Assembly (NCBI GenBank): GCA_012838315.1
Contig: DUPM01000025.1
Coordinates: forward strand, 1 to 24,000
DNA from: Clostridiaceae bacterium
GTDB lineage: Bacteria; Bacillota; Clostridia; Saccharofermentanales; Saccharofermentanaceae
Direction of reading: 5' to 3'
Length of the DNA: 24,000 bases
Shown: positions 23,413 to 24,000 of the stretch, piece after piece
How the letters are laid out: every line of letters begins with the position of its first letter
Position numbering within the stretch: the first letter of the stretch is position 1
Notes under the pieces: model-generated
What the model was told of the DNA's origin: nothing
Databases searched by the model: none
What the model saw: only the letters and a program-made list of their open reading frames with translations
Position numbers and translations under genes: made by a program

Positions 23413-24000
23413 ATGACTAAAGAAAAAATTTTACTTGCTTATTCCGGTGGTCTGGATACTTCTATTATCATTCCGTGGTTGCTTGAGCACTACGATTGTG
23501 AAGTTATTGCTATGGCCGGCGAAGTCGGAATTGGCATTGACCGTCAATTCTTGATTGACAAGGCACTCAAGTGTGGTGCAAGTGCATGTTTTGTTGAAGA
23601 TATTTCTGAAGAATTTATTTCTGACTTTGTTATTCCGACGATGAAGGCGGGCGCTGTTTACGAAGGCAAGTATTTGCTTGGCACATCTTTTGCGCGTCCC
23701 GTCATCGCAAAAAGAATGGTTGAAATTGCAAAGCGAGAGGGTTGTACCGCCATTGCACACGGTTGCACCGGAAAAGGCAATGACCAAGTACGTTTTGAGT
23801 TAACGATTAAGGCATTGGCTCCTGAGATGAAGATTATTGCTCCTTGGCGGATTTGGGATATTAAGTCACGTGACGAAGAAATCGACTATGCCAACGCACG
23901 TGGCATACCGGTTCCTGTTACCAAAGAAGATAACTACTCCATGGACGAGAATCTTTGGCACCTCTCTCACGAAGGTATGGATCTTGAAGACCCTGCGAAT
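23413..24000 (+). CDS. argG: Argininosuccinate synthase, 5' portion (runs off the window end, so absent from the ORF track).
   Basis: Hand translation gives [22 protein letters not shown]..., [15 protein letters not shown] and NLWHLSHEG. The frame is open from 23413 to 24000 (196 codons). Confidence 0.95.
   Translation, partial: MTKEKILLAYSGGLDTSIIIPWLLEHYDCEVIAMAGEVGIGIDRQFLIDKALKCGASACFVEDISEEFISDFVIPTMKAGAVYEGKYLLGTSFARPVIAKRMVEIAKREGCTAIAHGCTGKGNDQVRFELTIKALAPEMKIIAPWRIWDIKSRDEEIDYANARGIPVPVTKEDNYSMDENLWHLSHEGMDLEDPAN

Noticed and set aside
23431-23787. Minus-strand ORF of 118 aa.
   Set aside because: It lies entirely antisense to the unmistakable argG reading frame ([22 protein letters not shown]), so it is a frame artefact.

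Overview
The window reads as low-GC Gram-positive (Firmicutes/Clostridia-like) chromosome. This is inferred from GGAGG-type ribosome-binding sites, a single-chain ~1260-aa PurL, LCP/VanZ/DUF3048 envelope genes and roughly 40-45% GC by eye. It is mostly housekeeping. From 23012 down to 131, 18 minus-strand CDSs are tightly packed, many with 0-20 nt gaps or ATGA/overlap coupling. They are interrupted only by one plus-strand lipoprotein gene (3051..4247). A divergent, partial argG starts at 23413. Minus-strand order, 5'->3': zinc-ribbon membrane protein; class-IV aminotransferase; htpG; purL; rsmA; zapA-like; U32 N-half; metY-like; U32 C-half; dut; corA-family; alpha/beta-hydrolase-fold; tsaD; smpB; vanZ-like; then LCP and a PP2C-like membrane protein. 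I found no rRNA, tRNA, CRISPR array, transposase/integrase or recognisable defence system. The most unusual observations are: (1) a membrane PP2C-fold protein in which every canonical metal-binding Asp position is substituted, fused to an extracellular SH3b-like domain and a Thr/Glu/Pro repeat tail, sitting 2 nt downstream of an LCP gene; (2) a long-form U32 (RlhA/TrhP-type) gene that appears split in its inter-domain linker, with a complete O-acetylhomoserine sulfhydrylase gene between the halves; (3) an alpha/beta-hydrolase-fold protein lacking the nucleophile Ser and catalytic His; (4) a CorA-family channel with GQN instead of GMN, preceded by a leader terminator hairpin; (5) a symmetric palindrome and inverted-repeat arrangement around the argG promoter. 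All functional calls come from reading motifs by eye. No database search was run.
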